The notes below the pieces were generated by a model. That model saw nothing but the letters and a program-made list of their open reading frames with translations, ran no database searches and had not been told where the DNA came from. A stretch of 64,000 nucleotides of DNA from Polymyxa betae A26-41 (taxonomy: Eukaryota; Protista; Endomyxa: Phytomyxea), in contig RBZT01000754.1 of assembly GCA_003693705.1 (NCBI GenBank), forward strand, positions 1 to 64,000, in the 5' to 3' direction. Below are positions 1-10,269 of the stretch, one piece after another (positions within the stretch are counted from its first letter, which is position 1; each line of letters begins with the position of its first letter). A program made the position numbers and the translations under genes.

Positions 1-386
1 GGAGGCCGCTCCTCGCCATTCATAGTAGGGAGACGAGGGGACCCGCGCAGTCCGTGACAGTTAGGGCTCTTCCCCTATAGGAGTCGTCAGCAGGGGCGCA
101 GCCCTCTGCGCAGCCCCTCAGGAAGGGCCAGTACGACTGCCTTAATAAGGTTCTGTACGGATTGAAACAAGGCGCAATAGAGCTACATAAGCATTTATCA
201 GACGTACTAGATCGGCACGGATATAAGTCCGTACCAGTTGACAAGTGCGTTATATTCAAGACATATCCCGATGGTGGATATATTATGGGCGCGATTCATG
301 TTGATGATATTATATGTGCGTGTACGAGCACGGAGATTTAGTCGAATTTTAAACAAGAACTAGCTACAGTATTTCCCATTAAGGAT

Positions 387-1271
387 TTGGGAGAAGCTAA
401 ATTTTTATTAGGCATGCATCTTACCAGAAATCGACCAGATAGGAAACTACATTTGTCTCAAAAAGCAAAGGTTGACAGAATGCTACAGCTCTTTGGCATG
501 CAAGCCTGTAAACCTGTTAAGACGTCATTTGGTAATTTTTCAGTATTCGCGGATGACGAACAACCAGACTGCAATGAATTTCCTTATAGGGAAGCTGTTG
601 GACATTTTATGTACTTAGCGAACATCACAAGACCAGACATATGTTATCCTGTAGGTGTTGCAGCTCGGGCAGTCTTTAATTATAACGAACATCACGTGAA
701 ATTGGTAAAGCGTATTTTACGATATCTTAAAGGAACCTCTTCGTATGGAATTTGTTTCCAAGGCCAGTATAATCGAAATATTGATGTGTACTGCGATGCT
801 GACGATTCTTCTGATCGAAAATCTACCTCAGGAGGAGTAATTCTACTTAATGGAGGACCTGTGATTTATTACTCAAAGAAGCAAGGCTGTGTATCGCGGT
901 GTACGGCTGAAGCGGAGTATATAGCTTTATCGGATGTAACGGCGGAGGCGTTGTGGTTTAACCAGTTATTGGGTAGTCTTCCAGGACAAAAACCTTTACA
1001 CCCAGTTGTTATTAATGAGGACAATCAAGCATGCATTTCGATTGCGGAGCAGATAACGAGCACCAAGAGATCCAAATATGTTGAGATCCATTATCATTAT
1101 GTTCGAGATCATGTTAAGAAGAATGACATCAAACTACAATTCTGCGCTACGCAAGATATGATTGCTGACATTTTCACAAAAGACTTAGGTGGTAACCGGT
1201 TTTATATTTTACGTGATAAGATCGGGGTTTTTGATTGTCATAATTTCCTGGGAAAAGGAGGAGAATGTTAG
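387..1271 (+). pseudogene. pol: copia pol RT C-terminus and RNase H (in-frame stop just upstream at ~339)
   Basis: PYREAVG, TRPDI, YLKGT, YCDAD, DRKSTSG, AEAEY, EDNQ, SKYVEIHYH and ADIFTK motifs. Confidence 0.92.
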
Positions 1272-1450
1272 GGTTTAGGGTTTCCCAGTCAATCCTGGAT
1301 GAATGGTTAGTGATGGGCCAGTATGGCCGATGGCCGATGAATGAATACTCTAATTTATTGACAATAAATTCACTTCTGAACGTTTGTAACAATCTCTATC
1401 TCAATCTCTAGAAACTACTCTTTCTGCTCATGCTTACCGACGTCATGACA
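1266..1450 (+). repeat. 3' LTR of copia A (3' end uncertain)
   Basis: Starts TG right after the PPT and contains aataaa. The ...ATGACA end at 1450 is the best candidate, with no second copy to confirm it. Confidence 0.6.
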
Positions 1451-1545
1451 GATTCCTGTTCTGGATCACTTCCTGCCGGCTCGTCTTCAACAGATTCGAG
1501 GTTGAGTGCGATTCTTTACACGCCGAAAACGGAACTTGGTCCCTG

Positions 1546-2169
1546 GTGGACGCACCGGAGAAAAGTAACGTAATAGCCTCGATGTGGGTGTTCAAAGTCA
1601 TATACGATCCAACTACAGGAGCAGTTGATCGATTCAAAGCGCGCTTAGCTGCGGGAGGAGACTCGCAGCAGCATGGAATAAATTACGACAAGACATTTGC
1701 GTCAGTCGCGCAATTTACGTCTTTACGCGCACTAATCGCAATGGCTGCGCATTTGGACCTTGATCTCGAGCATGTTGACATTACAACAGCATACCTGTAC
1801 GGTACAATCGATACCGAAATATTCATGAAACAGCCCCCAGGCTGCAAAGCCAAAGGCAAAAGTCAAAAAGTTGGCAAATTAAATAAATCCATCTACGGAT
1901 TAAAGCAAGCTGGTCGAATTTGGAACTCAACTTTCCATAATTTTTTATTAGAATGTGGCCTAGTCCGTTGCATTTCTGACGAATGCGTGTACCGGCTGAA
2001 CTTGTCCAACGGCAAAACTTTCATCGTACTACTATATGTGGATGATTTAATAGTCGCCAGTGACTCAAAAACAGCCGTAAGCGAATTAAAACAGCGTATT
2101 CAAGAGCGTTTCAAAGACAAAATCCTTGGGCCCCTCAAATCCTTTCTAAACATTTTGGTAATACGGGAC
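1546..2169 (+). pseudogene. pol: copia B reverse transcriptase, N-terminal half
   Basis: WVFK, FKARL, DITTAYL, MKQPPG, IYGLKQAGRIW and LYVDD motifs. Confidence 0.92.
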
Positions 2170-2479
2170 TGTTGAGACTAGAGAGGCAACAGCGATCAAT
2201 GTCTGGACAAGCAGTCAGTTTAAGAAGTGATTGTATTGATGGCCCGGTGGGCTGTTATATAGTAAAATAAGATTAACGCAGATTCAAATATATGGAAACT
2301 CCGTGGCGGAGTTGCCGTATACCAGTGGGGAGCTGCCATAGTCGACTGGGTCTGTGTGTGCTATAGCAACTCCGGTTCGGAGCTTGAGAAGTCCTGTGGT
2401 TCGTGGCCATGCACGATTCGAGCCAAGTTACCCTGCGCCCACTTGACGTGTACACCTGCCTTGGCTTGATGTCTTGACA
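2170..2479 (-). repeat. 3' LTR of copia C
   Basis: Direct repeat of 6767-7076, running TGTTGAGA...TCTTGACA. Confidence 0.97.
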
Positions 2480-2546
2480 CGCCCCCTCGAACAGATGTTG
2501 GTAACATCGGGTTGGAAATATCCTTGACTCCCATTTGGTCACGACA

Positions 2547-5500
2547 TCACTTAAATTTGGGAATCGGAGACGGTTTGGTTAATGCATCCGCTACCATCAT
2601 TGCAGTTGGTATCAGAGCAAACTTGACGATCTTGTTCGCGACTTGTTCCCTCGTGTAGTGGAATTTGACGTCGATGTGTTTGGTTCGAGGGTCGGTTCGG
2701 TTGTTCTCTGTCATCGAAATGCATCCATGGTTGTCTTCAAAGACAACAGTCGGGTGCTGTTGCTCATGACCGAGTTCCTTCAGAAGCTGTCGTAACCAGA
2801 CTATCTCACGCACCGCGTCACAAGCCGCTTGGTACTCAGCCTGCACGCTGGATGTTGAGACTGATGATTGTCGCTTCGATTTGACTGCGACTGGGCCGCT
2901 TGCGTACATAATGACATACCCGGTAACGGATCTCCTTGTGTCCGGATCATTTGCGAAGTCTCTGTCCACATACGGGATGAGGCCTGGTTCGGAGATGTTC
3001 TTTGAGTATTCGATGCCAAATGTTATGGTTCCCTTGAGGTATCGGAGAACAAGCTGAGCGGCAGTCCAGTGACGTGGACCAGGGTTCTTAACAAATCGAC
3101 AAAGAACGGACACCGCAGGCAAGATGTCAGGCCGTGTGTTGATTCCAAGCCACAACAGGGCTCCAACCAGTTCACCGTAGGGCTTGCCTTGCATCGCTGC
3201 AGTGTCAGAATCTGTCTTTGCGCACATTTCTTCAGTGATATGGAATCCTGGCTGATGTGGCGCAGAACTGGGAGAGCAGTCTGTCATCTTGAACCGTTTT
3301 AGAATTTCCTGAACGTACAGCGATTGATCAATCCGTATCGGTCCAGTCGGAGTAGATCGTTGTATGTTCATGCCGAGTAGACGACTTGGCTCCCCGAGGT
3401 CTTTGATCTCGAATTCGTTGCTGAGCAGTTGAACAACCAGATCACAGAGTACGGCATCGTTGTGCACCATCAGTGAGTCGTCGACGTGGATTCCCATTAT
3501 CACGAAACTTGCGCCGTCGCGTCGGATATACATGCAAGGGTCTGCACAAACGCGACGAAAACCTGCCTAATTGACTAGGAAGTCGTCCTCAAGCAGGCTG
3601 GCATGGGCCAGCCTGCTTGAGGCCATACAACGCCTTGAGGAGTTCACACACCAAATGTTCCTGACCAGGTTCAACAAAGCCATCTGCCTGCTTCATGAAA
3701 ACCTGCTAGTCCATTTCACCGTTAAGAAATGCGCCGACGACATCTATATGTCGCAGATGGTAGCCATGTTGGGCAGCTAGGGCGAGCAATAAACGTATGG
3801 ACTCCTGGTGGGCTACTGGAGCGAAAGTTCATCGAAATCAATCCCTGGTCGCTGGGAAAAACCTTTGATGACCAAGCGAGCCTTGAATTTGTCGATGGTG
3901 CCATCGTCCTTGGGCTTTGTCGTGAAAACCCACTTGCTTTGAATGGCTTTGCGTTCTTGAGGTAGTTGCCGAAGCTACCAAGTTTTGAAATTTATGAGAG
4001 TTTGAAACTCTTTGTGCGCTGCATCGTTCCAGTAACCCCCGTACGGACTCTGAAGGGCTTCCTTAAGGGTGGATGGGTTCTTGATGTCACAGGCTTGAAT
4101 ACCGTCCAGTGAAGGCCTTGGGAGTTTATCAGAGAAGTGCTTGGGAGTGGCAGCATTCAGGGCGGTAAACTGTATATGGGCAACGGTATCATCGAAGGTC
4201 TCGTCGTGAAGCGACCCGTTTGCAGAATTGGCTTGTGGAGCTTTCCACCACTCATTCGGTGTTTTGCGCTCACGTTGAGGGTAGCGGTGAGATATCGTAG
4301 ATGTTGGGACATGAAGAACCTCGGTGCTGTCAGTTGAAGATGAATCATCTGTTGACTTTTGTGCTGTCTCTTGATAATCAATTTCGTCATTTTCCAGGCT
4401 TTCTCTGTCATCGCTGTCGTCAGCATCGTGTTTTTCGAAATTGTTCATCTCCTTTTCAGGCTGAGTGATGTAGAGCTCTTCTGCAAAATGTCGTTGACAA
4501 TAGATGGGCTTGCTTTGATTAACGCGCCAAAACGAAAATTCTGACTCGTTGAAAATGACATCGCGGCTCACCAGGAGCTGTTGTTGATCGGGATCCCAAA
4601 GATGATATACCTTCTGGGTTGACGCGTAACCAACGAAAATTGCTCGTCTGGCGTGTGGCTCCTGGTTACGCCGTGTTGTCGTTGGTGTCAATACCCATGC
4701 GTCGCAGCCGAGAACACGAAGATGTGCAAGGTCAGGTTTTCTTTGGTACTTAGCCTCGAACAGTGTCATATGGTTCAGTAATGCAGAGTGTGGGCGCCTG
4801 TTGAGAAGGTAAACAGCAGCCAATACGAAGAAGGGCCAGTATTCTTGAGGAAGCTTCGCGCGCAAGCGGATCGGCTCTGCGATCTCCATAATGGAACGGT
4901 TGAGACGCTCAGGCAGGCCGTTGGACTCGGAGTCATAGGCGACAATTGTTCGGTGGTGGATTCCTTTTTCCATATAATATGCCCGACATGCCTTTGACAA
5001 GTATTCGCCAGCATTATCGGTTTGAAGCTGTTCAACGCATGAGACGGAATGTTTATGCCTTCTTAGCATCTTCGCTTCAAAAACCTTGAACGCGTCGAGT
5101 TGATCGGCCTTGTTTTTCAGCAGGAACAGCTCGGTGTATCGTGTAAAATGGTCAATATATATGAAATAATATCTCCAGTTTCCATTTATGCCGGTAGCTT
5201 TGAATGGTCCCTTGATATCGGAAAAGACACATTCGCCGGGGCGTGTTGTGACCGTTGTGCTTGGTTGAAAGGGACGTCTGCTCATCTTTCCCAGGATGCA
5301 AGGCTCGCATGGCGTTTTAGACGCGGGTCCCGGTTTGAGCGCAATGCCTGTGGCGCCTGTACACTCCAATCGCAGCAAGTCACGTTGGTTGAGATGACCC
5401 AGACGCTCGTGCCAAAGCTGTGTTGGTTCAGCGCTCTTTTGTTTGGAATAATAGGTGACTGCGGGAGCGTGGGCACTTGATTTCTTGGATGAAACAGTCT

Positions 5501-6753
5501 TTGGTGCTGTAGTAAGTAGAAACAGGTTATTCGGGCCCTTGGGAATTGTTCCAATGACTGCCTGTCGGTCGTGCGAACCCGTCTTTAGCGTAAATTGTCA
5601 TGCGATCGCCGTCGAGGAGGAACTTGACTCCTGTACTGGTTGACTGGCCTGGAGACAGAAGGTTCTTGCCCAGCTCGGGCACATGGAGCGCGTTTTCCAC
5701 GTTTACGATTTCGCCTCCCGGTAGAACAAACTGTGCGGTGCCGAAACCGACCGATTCGATTGTGCGATTGTCACCAAGCTCGATCTTAGGACCACATTGA
5801 GCCTTGTAACTTGTGAACGAAGCAATATCGTGGAGCATGTGCTGTGAACACCCAGAGTCGATATATGTATCCGCCTCACAACTTGCCGCTGAAGCAGAGA
5901 GCACACGATGAGGATAAAGGTTAATTGGACTTGGTTTATTTGCTAAACGTGGATTGAGCTCAGGATGTTTTGTCCAACAAGCGTCGTCGCCGCCGGGGTG
6001 TCGGTGATGAGGAATAGAACACGTTGACTTGCCTGGCTTTGCCTTTCCTGTGCGTGCAGCCTTTTCAAGTTGGTCGACTTTCGCCTGTAGCGCTTCGAGA
6101 ATTGTGACTTCCTTGGTAGACGCGGTGCTGGCCAAAATGCGAGATTCGGACTTCTTCATTGAGCTCTCCGCGTTCAAGAGCATTCCGGTGGCTTTCTGTA
6201 TGGTCACCGACTCTAGCGTGTCGAGAGGAGCGACGACATGCTGGTAGCTGTCGGGAAGATTGGCGAGAATCACAGCCACGATAGCTTGCTCATCAAGGTC
6301 GACGCCAGCGTTCTTGACGGCAAGTGCCTTGGCTTGCATGTCGGTGATATAGTCTTGGATTGATTGCTCGCCATCTTTGGTCGCCTTGAACAGCTTCTTC
6401 ATTCAGCAGACTAGGGTGGATACACTCTTGCGTTGGAACGTTTCATACAATATCTTCCAAGCGGCATCAGCAGAATCAGCCGACTGAGTTATCGCAAGTC
6501 GACTGTCACTGACGCGCATCTCGATAATGCCCATGGCCTTGAGATCTTGGCGATAGAACAGCTTGATCGTGTTCTTATCCGAATCCTCTGGAACGCCAGG
6601 TGCATCGATAACGGGAGCGTACGTCTTTGGGTTGAAACCAACCATATCATCTAGGTCCATATTGATCAGAAGGGCGGCCATTCGAGGGGCCCATTGGGGG
6701 TAGTTTGTGCCGTCCAGGATAGGCACGAAAGAACTCATGGTCTTATTAGCCAT
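2547..6753 (-). pseudogene. pol: copia C gag-pol polyprotein, broken into ORFs 6403-6753, 5527-6402, 3975-5378 and 2547-3533
   Basis: gag LDGTNY..W, knuckle C..H..CWTKHP, protease YIDSGCSQH, integrase FSDIKGP/TDNAGEY/SNGLPERLNR, RT IHVDD, RNase H RRSVTG/QAEY/KHIDVK. Confidence 0.95.
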
Positions 6754-6766
6754 GGGACTCTTAATC
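6751..6766 (-). promoter_or_regulatory. Primer-binding site complementary to the anticodon arm of tRNA-Lys(CUU), overlapping the gag ATG
   Basis: The plus strand reads CATGGGACTCTTAATC flush against the LTR TG. This equals the TGGGA-CTCTTAA-TC anticodon arm of eukaryotic tRNA-Lys(CUU) as I recall it. Confidence 0.75.
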
Positions 6767-7076
6767 TGTTGAGACTAAAGAAGCAACAGCGATCAATGTC
6801 TGGACAAGCAGTCAGTTTAAGAAGTGATTGTATTGATGGCCCGGTGGGCTGTTATATAGTAAAATAAGATTAACGCAGATTCATATATATGGAAACTCCG
6901 TGGCGGAGTTGTCGTATACCAGTGGGGAGCTGCCATAGTCGACTGGGTCTGTGTGTGCTATAGCAACTCCGGTTCGGAGCTTGAGAAGTCCTGTGGTTCG
7001 TGGCCATCCACGACTCGAGCCAAGTTACCCTGCGCCCACTTGACGTGTACACCTGCCTTGGCTTGATGTCTTGACA
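6767..7076 (-). repeat. 5' LTR of copia C
   Basis: Direct repeat of 2170-2479. Confidence 0.97.
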
Positions 7077-7081
7077 GGGAC

Positions 7082-7997
7082 CGCCCCAATAGGAAAATCT
7101 GGCGAAAACAAACCCAATATACTGAAGACATGCTGTCAGATCTCGCAATGCAGACTGCTATCCAGTTCGCATGCCGGAAATACCCAACACACGTCTGCAC
7201 TCAGGACAGAGTCCGAAGTCAGATACTGAGCGCGAAGTGATGGCGAAGAAGCCATACCGCGCCGCAGTGGGATCGCTAATATACTTAACATCAAAAACAC
7301 GGCCAGGTATTGCGCACGCAGTTCAAAAAGTCGCGCAATTTTGCGAAAATCCAGGAATTCAACACTGGTACGCAATAAAAAGAATATTTGCCTACTTAAA
7401 AGGGACGAAAGAATATGGTCTGCAGTTCGACGGCAATTCCGAACTGCTAAAGGCCTACTTCAATGAATCTCCCACGAACTGTCCAACATCAGCAATGTTC
7501 TCAGATTCTGATTGGGCAAATGACAACGATAAGAGAAAATCAATCGGCGGTTATGTCTTCATGTTACATGGAGGCACAGTAGACTATAATTGTAAAAAGT
7601 TTACTAATACCCCATTATCTTCAACAGAAGCAGAATGGTATGCCGTTTGCGAATCCGCAAAACACGGAAAATGGCTCCGAAACCTACTTCACGAAATAGG
7701 GTTTTTCCAATGCAGTCACCACTTGTCATCTTTGAAGACAATCAGGGTTGCATATCCTATGGCCATCGCAGCCTAAACCAGTCTTCAATGAAGCATATTG
7801 ACCTAAAATTTCACTTTATCAAAGAGGAAATCGCAAACGGTGTTCTCTCACTCAAGAGAGTCGAATCAGCGAGAAATATTGCCGACATATTCACCAAAGC
7901 CATCTCAGGGCCGCATTTCCAGGAGTTACGGACTTTACTTAATGTAAGGAAGTCCGTCCATACTCCAACTGAAAAGCTCGCAGCAAATTGGTTTTAG
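7082..7997 (+). pseudogene. pol: copia B RT C-terminus and RNase H (frameshifted)
   Basis: PYRAAVGSL, FSDSDWA, RKSIGG, SSTEAEW, EDNQG, KHIDLK and ADIFTK motifs. Confidence 0.92.
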
Positions 7998-8223
7998 TTT
8001 TTAGTGGGTATTTGTTCATATTAACTTTACACAGAGTCCCACAGTACCACGAATGTTTCCTAAAACTGCGTGAGTCTCCGTAAATGGATTTTCTATTTCC
8101 CCCAATTCCTGCGCAACGTGCTCCACCATTATCATCCTCAAATTCATGACTAACCTTTACAGAATTTCCATTCGCTTCTCAACTCCAGTTAAGAGATTTT
8201 ACGAACACTCAACTGAGGGGGCG

Positions 8224-9374
8224 TGCTGGAATGAAAAATTAAGGTTTTTGGGTTTGATCGGAAGGTGACTCAGGATCGATCCCGCAGTCCGACGAGTCAA
8301 GACTTCCCTTTCCGGTCAAGACTGCCCTTTCCGGTCCCGATCGGACCTTCCGTCGTGAATAAATGGCAATACCGTAGCGGTCACCTATACTCGACAATTT
8401 GTCAAGAAAGTCCAATTCTACATTCAAAAAGTCCGTACGCAGTTTTCCGGAAAAGTCCGCAATTTTATTGAAAACTCTTATAATTCTGCCATAATGGATG
8501 CAGGAATGGTTCGATGGTCGCGGTACTTTCGCACGGCGTGCTCAACCTGCTTTATCAAGAGAAACTGCCCGTTAAGAAAATATGATGTTAAACGGCGACA
8601 GTTTTCCATTTCCTCCTGTTAGTGAAACTTCGAGGCAAGCATTTTGATCAATAACGCACATCACCTGCATCTTCTTCCGTTTCGCTTTCATAACGAACAA
8701 CGAAGATCTTCCAAAACCATCGTGGGATTTATGAGTTCGAGGTTTCGCCTCGGAAATCATCGAATAGCATCAATATCGAGAAAATCGTCATCTTCTAAGT
8801 TAGCGAAATCGTCTAGCCATTCATCTGTCAGGGCAGCAGGGCCGGGGCTCGGCACCATAGCGTTCTCAACGGTCCCCTGGCGAGGAAAATGAGCAGCCAC
8901 CATGCAACGAGCATGCTGGAGTCGTTTGTTCGGACGCGGCATCGAATGGCACCGCCTGCCAGCGATTAAAGTCATTATACTGACATGAATTCGCAAAACC
9001 CGCACTTGACAAACTGTGGCAGCCCCCGCATTTATTCTGCGTGACTGTATATAACGTATTTGCGTTCGGTATTATACCGTCCAAATCTCATCAATGACCT
9101 ATTAAAAACTATAAATGCGGAAGCCTATAACTCCGTTGATATTTCGAATTTTAAAATTGGAGAACTGAGCTGTATTCCTCTGGACGAGATCTATCGATTG
9201 CAGTTGTCATAACTTTGATATGGCGTTCCGCCATGGATCCTTAGGGTTTTTAGTACCCCTATCTGAAATTGTCGAGTATAGGTGACCACTACGGTAAATG
9301 GACACAAATCACTTCCCGAGATATCGACTACATCTCTTGTATTAGAATTCCTACTATCCGCACGACTTCCAACA
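8224..9374 (+). repeat. 3' LTR of copia B (~225 bp once the 8372-9294 insertion is removed)
   Basis: Follows the PPT, with terminal inverted motif TGCTGGAA / TTCCAACA. Confidence 0.7.
8372..9294. mobile_element. Non-autonomous Tc1/mariner (pogo-like) TIR element, 923 bp
   Basis: 29-bp TIRs CCGTAGCGGTCACCTATACTCGACAATTT (8372-8400) and 9266-9294 with 1 mismatch. TA flanks both sides (8370-8371 and 9295-9296). Confidence 0.88.
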
Positions 9375-10260
9375 CTGTTAACCAAGATGAAGCATTGACA
9401 ACAAAAATCGCAAAGACAGTCTGGGATTATATCAAATCTGTGGCTGGATAAAATTCAGATTACACTGCGGCAGAAATGTCTGAATTCTTCGGAAAGAAGA
9501 TAGGAGAAAGCGATGATGTCCTTGGGTATATCAACTGAAAAAAAGAACTCTACCTCAATGTCAAGGAATGCTCGCTTGTAACAATGCCAGCAAATGCGCT
9601 ACCAAACGCGAATCTCATTTGCGTTCGTCAACGATTCGAGAGTCTCGTCGAGGTATGTAACAAATCTGCATCATTGAGCATTGACGACATAAACAACAGA
9701 CTAACTGAAGCTGAAAAGGCTCGAAAACAAAAAAAGAAACCTGCTGCAGCATTGCAGGCAACTGTATCTACTTGCTCATACTGCAAGAAGAATCATTTAG
9801 GTGGGGAGTCAAACTGCTGGCGTAAGCACCCAGATAAAAAACCGGAATGATTAAAGAAAAGAAAAAGCAAATTATGCTCACGATAACAACAGCGGCGATA
9901 AAGAACAAATTTCAGCCTATATTGCTCGATGTAATCCGCGTATATGGATAGCAGACTCTAGATGCAGTTAACACATGACGGGAACGAAGACAAATCTTTT
10001 CGATTTAGAACCAGTTGCAACAATAGTTGCAACAATCATAGATATTCTGATATCAATCCCATTTGTTCAAAAGCGAAAGGGAAAATCAGAATATGCGGCC
10101 AAATAATGGAAGGGCTCTATGTTCCAGCTTTGATTTCTAAAACTCGAAGGGGAATTTTCCGATGTCCGCGTTATTTTTTTACAGCGTATTCGATTTGCTG
10201 GCAATTTAGGGAATTACCACCAGAACCTTTGATACGGTAAGGCTAAGCGTCAATGTATCG
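9375..10260 (+). mobile_element. Ty1/copia element D, degenerate gag-protease fragment
   Basis: AKTVWDYIK gag motif, knuckle CSYCKKNH..CWRKHP (ORF 9584-9850), WIADS protease-like motif near 9944. Confidence 0.7.
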
Positions 10261-10269
10261 ATATGAATT

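Larger units (their letters stand above)
1..1450 (+). mobile_element. Ty1/copia LTR retrotransposon A, 3' part (RT-RNase H, PPT, 3' LTR); 5' part lies outside the window
   Basis: LYGLKQG motif near 155, IHVDD near 295, RNase H motifs in ORF 387-1271, then purine tract gggaaaaggaggagaa directly followed by TGTTAGG at 1266. Confidence 0.9.
2170..7076 (-). mobile_element. Structurally complete Ty1/copia element C (4.9 kb), inactivated by stops and frameshifts
   Basis: Two 310-bp TG...CA LTRs with 6 differences, and a 5-bp TSD GGGAC (2165-2169 and 7077-7081). PPT (revcomp of cgccccctc) next to 2479. Domain order gag-PR-INT-RT-RH on the minus strand. Confidence 0.97.
1497..9374 (+). mobile_element. 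Ty1/copia element B, RT through 3' LTR; interrupted by copia C (2170-7076) and by a TIR element inside its LTR
   Basis: The RT ORF from 1546 breaks at GGGAC|TG and resumes after CA|GGGAC at 7082. PPT gagggggcg at 8215-8223, then LTR TGCTGGAA...TTCCAACA. Confidence 0.85.

Noticed and set aside
1268-1283. TTAGGGTTTAGGGTTT as a telomere remnant
   Set aside because: Only two units, and they are the first bases of an LTR directly after the PPT.
6400-6405. In-frame TGA as a programmed gag/pol readthrough signal
   Set aside because: It falls in mid-gag, well before the knuckle and protease, and the element has other nonsense mutations.
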